Shown here one piece after another: positions 63,003-64,000 of a DNA stretch of 64,000 nt. This DNA comes from an uncultured Bifidobacteriaceae bacterium (GTDB taxonomy: Bacteria; Actinomycetota; Acidimicrobiia; IMCC26256; DASPTH01). The DNA is taken from the NCBI GenBank assembly GCA_964505725.1, contig CAZDJK010000052.1, positions 66,295 through 130,294 of the forward strand. The letters run 5' to 3'. The notes beneath the pieces were generated by a model. The model was not told the DNA's origin. It was given only the letters and a program-made list of their open reading frames with translations, and ran no database searches. Made by a program: the position numbers and the translations under genes. The first letter of the stretch is position 1; each line of letters starts with the position of its first letter.

Positions 63003-63024
63003 TGAGATCAAGGAGGCGCAAGCC

Positions 63025-63453
63025 ATGCTCGTCCGTTACGACCCCTTCCACGAGCTCGACCGAGTGACCGATGGCCTCTTCGGCGGCCCCCGCCGTTCGC
63101 GGTTCATGCCGATGGACGTCCTGCGCCACGATCACGATCTCGAGCTGCGATTCGACCTCCCCGGCGTTGCCGCCGACTCCCTCGACGTCGAGGTGGAGCG
63201 CAACGTCCTCACCGTGCGCGCGGAGCGCTCGTGGGCGCCCCGGGAGGGTGACGAGGTCCTCGTCCACGAGCGTCCCCAGGGATCGCTCACCCGCCAGGTG
63301 ATGCTGGGCGACTCGCTCGACACCGAGCACCTCGAGGCCCGCTACGAGCAGGGCGTCCTCATGATCAGGATCCCGGTCGCCGAGCAGGCCAAGGCCCGCA
63401 AGGTCGAGGTGCACACCGGCGCCGACGCGATCGAGGTGGGCTCCGACAACTGA
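63025..63453 (+). CDS. Hsp20/alpha-crystallin family small heat-shock protein
   Basis: MPMDVLRHDHDLELRFDLPGVAADSLDVEVERNVLTVRAER...ARYEQGVLMIRIPV. Confidence 0.9.
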   Translation: MLVRYDPFHELDRVTDGLFGGPRRSRFMPMDVLRHDHDLELRFDLPGVAADSLDVEVERNVLTVRAERSWAPREGDEVLVHERPQGSLTRQVMLGDSLDTEHLEARYEQGVLMIRIPVAEQAKARKVEVHTGADAIEVGSDN

Positions 63454-63492
63454 GCTCCGCGAGCAGCTCGACGCGTCCCCTGGACGCGGCCT

Positions 63493-63532
63493 GCGCCCCT
63501 GCCCCCGGTCGACGATCGGGCGGCAGGGGCGC
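63493..63532 (+). terminator. GC-rich hairpin downstream of hsp20
   Basis: GCGCCCCTGCC (63493-63503) and GGCAGGGGCGC (63522-63532) are exact reverse complements, and the loop has additional internal pairing (CCCG...CGGG). Confidence 0.5.
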
Positions 63533-63611
63533 TGGCGCGATCGGCACGATCCGGGGTCCGCGCCGCGGCCACTGCGGCGCGCGACAGTGGCGCGGTTGAA
63601 GGGGGGCCGCC

Positions 63612-63857
63612 ATGGAACGGAGAGATCAGCGCGGACTGAGCGGCGGTGCGATCGCTTCGCTCGGCGGCATCGGCGCGCTGCTGATCTTCATCGTGCAGAA
63701 CACCGAGGACGTCCGGTTCCACTTCCTGTTCTTCAGCTTCACCTGGCCGCTGTGGCTGTACACGATCGTGACCGCCCTGATCGGCGCCGTGGTGTGGTTC
63801 GGGTTCGGCGTGATGCGACGCCACCGCCGCCGTCAGGAGCGCCGCGACGACCGCTAG
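63612..63857 (+). CDS. LapA-domain (DUF1049) small membrane protein
   Basis: 81 aa: LLIFIVQNTEDVRFHFLFFSFTWPLWLYTIVTALIGAVVWFGF followed by a basic tail. Confidence 0.7.
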   Translation: MERRDQRGLSGGAIASLGGIGALLIFIVQNTEDVRFHFLFFSFTWPLWLYTIVTALIGAVVWFGFGVMRRHRRRQERRDDR

Positions 63858-63920
63858 CAGCGTCGGCGTCTCGCATCACGGACGCAGCCCGGGCGACGCG
63901 CCCCCGGTGCGATGGCGCGG

Positions 63921-64000
63921 CTACGGCCAGGCCGAGGTCGGCGCGGTCAGCGGCTCGACGACCGCGTAACGCTCCGGCGGCCCGGGCTGTTGCGCGGCCC
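63921..64000 (-). CDS. Possible 3' end of a minus-strand gene entering from the right edge
   Basis: My minus-strand translation, AAQQPGPPERYAVVEPLTAPTSAWP*, ends at the stop complement 63921-63923 and has G/C-rich third positions. It is too short to identify. Confidence 0.3.
   Translation of the reverse strand, partial: AAQQPGPPERYAVVEPLTAPTSAWP

Overview
This is a very GC-rich, densely coding chromosomal segment with an Actinomycetota-like gene repertoire. GC content was judged by eye and the taxon is inferred. I support about 70 coding regions, 2 tRNAs, 1 duplicated tRNA 3' half, several short repeats and a few hairpins. There is no rRNA, CRISPR array, transposase or integrase.

Main blocks:
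- (i) A cell-envelope glycosylation set: two distant GT-C paralogues, a GT87-like protein, an AftD-like giant arabinofuranosyltransferase and a FAD oxidoreductase. These genes flank block (ii) and a few unrelated genes.
- (ii) A complete monoderm-type Tad/Flp pilus locus, cpaB-tadZ-tadA-tadB-tadC-flp plus four pseudopilin/secreted genes. Almost all junctions are 4-nt start/stop overlaps.
- (iii) Fur, rubrerythrin, DUF3501, dut and tRNA-Gly.
- (iv) A form-I aerobic CO dehydrogenase coxMSL followed by an XdhC-YHS fusion.
- (v) A visibly decayed accessory patch at about 32.4-38 kb with VOC paralogues and fragments, methyltransferases and a frameshifted nucleotidyltransferase.
- (vi) A second, detached Tad-related operon: ECF sigma, a membrane partner with a Gly/Asn repeat tail, TadE and a TadG-like protein.
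- (vii) Mixed metabolism and copper proteins.
- (viii) tRNA-Val, with its 3' half repeated 2.4 kb downstream.
- (ix) hsp20, preceded by a 3 x 15 bp repeat in its leader.

The candidates I consider most worth follow-up:
- The secreted fusion of a PHM/DBM-like His/Met motif set with an amicyanin-type domain.
- The ECF-coupled TadE/TadG module.
- The CCCGATT arrays shared by the cpaB and flp upstream regions.
- The tRNA-Val att-like bracket.

All functional calls rest on my recognition of the translated sequences. No searches were run.
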